From contig ML978126.1 in NCBI GenBank assembly GCA_010015805.1, positions 1,488,001-1,552,000 on the forward strand: 64,000 nucleotides of DNA, in the 5' to 3' direction. A model generated the notes under the pieces. It was not told the DNA's origin. It saw nothing but the letters and a program-made list of their open reading frames with translations, and did not search any database. Positions 62,880-64,000 of the stretch are shown here, piece by piece. This stretch comes from Rhizodiscina lignyota (Eukaryota). Positions within the stretch are counted from its first letter, which is position 1. Each line of letters begins with the position of its first letter. Both the position numbers and the translations under genes were made by a program.

Positions 62880-63802
62880 CTAGACCACCTGCGTTCCGTA
62901 TCCCTTTATCCGGTCCGCAAACGCCCAGCTCTGGTTCTCCAGTTTCTCATCCTCTTTCAAGTCGATGCCATCCTTGGTCACCACAGCGATGCTGTACTTG
63001 TCCATGCTCCTCGCATCTCTGTAGAACAACACCTTCATGCAGTCTCGGATCGTCTGCACCGCCGTCTCCTTGTCCAGGTTCGCCACTGATGCCTCATCTG
63101 GCACCACCTTCCTCATGATGGGCTGCGCAAGATGCGCACCGAAGCCCGTTGCCAGCGAAGGGCTCGAGAAAGTCGTGCCAAGCAAGTCAACAGACGCCAG
63201 GAACGGCTTCTCGTCGTTGCCGAAGCCAGCCACCAGGATCTGATTCCACAACGGGTTAAAGTCTGAACGCCTCCGGTACATCACTTTGCTCATGTAGGTG
63301 TGCAGGTTCTTCGCGTTGAGGGATTCGAGGTTTGATGTGTCATCTGTGTCATCCGATGCAGAGGAGTAAGAGGAGTAGTTCTCGCGGATCGCGAGTGAGA
63401 GCAGCAAGCGGTCCAGATACTGCATGTCCGAGACGTCACCACCAAAGCCGAGGATCGTAGACTTGTTGAACTGGCGGAGGCGCTTCACGTCAGTGAAACG
63501 AGCAAGGGAGCCGTATGATGCTGTACATGGTCAATTAGTATCGTCTCGGAAGACAGAACGAAGGATGATACGGACCCAAGTTGTCGGTAGCAATGACAAC
63601 GCCATCCTTGAACTTGATGGCTATGACTGATGTGCCGGTGACGATAGGCTGCTGAGTGGATTGCTTTGGGCCGGATGTCTGGAAGTAGGAGTGGTCATAG
63701 GCACCGTAGACATCGTCTCTGGGCTGTCACGAGAGTTAGCTACAGCTTCGAATGGTGGGTGTTAGAAAGTACCCTTCCCCAGGCTTGGGGCAAATGATTC
63801 AT
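62880..63802 (-). CDS. PRE4: 20S proteasome subunit beta 7
   Basis: [71 protein letters not shown]; two introns. Confidence 0.96.
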
Positions 63803-64000
63803 TTCGAGGCCCTCAGTCTGATGCGGAGAAGGAGGATGTCTAGTTGAAGCAGAGAGAAAGAATGCTCCAAGTATTTGTGGTTGTGTTGCTTGGAGTTGCA
63901 GTTGAAGGCGTAGCTTCTGGCTAGGCTGGAGCTTGACGCGAAGCTCTGGCTCTGCAGCGCGACGCGGCAAAACAGTTTCTCCGAGCTTCACTTCACTCGC

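Overview
Intron-containing genomic DNA of a filamentous ascomycete (Pezizomycotina; class not assignable from sequence alone). About 27 protein-coding loci are supportable. They include a complete six-exon telomerase reverse transcriptase (TERT, 28276-32471), a GH5 + processive GT2 pair, a HET-domain protein, a DH-BAR-SH3 RhoGEF, a TBC protein, two Zn2Cys6 factors, SDR, GFA, M19 dipeptidase, ILM1, GH114, an Atg22-like MFS, an AAA+ ATPase, PEX10 and proteasome beta-7 (PRE4). There is also one dispersed 5S rRNA gene. Between conserved genes lie small accessory patches with gene relics and tandem repeats. The most notable observations are: (1) the last two TERT introns are about 5x longer than the others, and the fourth has a cryptic acceptor that coincides with a perfect 22-bp palindrome and leads to a premature stop; (2) a coding-like, in-frame 56-codon extension with a basic NLS-like tract lies behind the GT2 TAG stop; (3) a chimeric Mei2-RRM/DEAD-box-like relic sits head-to-head with TERT; (4) a ~165-bp tandem array rich in MCB-like sites lies upstream of a decayed C2H2 gene. 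No telomerase RNA template, CRISPR array or intact transposon was found. All exon models were derived by eye and are unverified.
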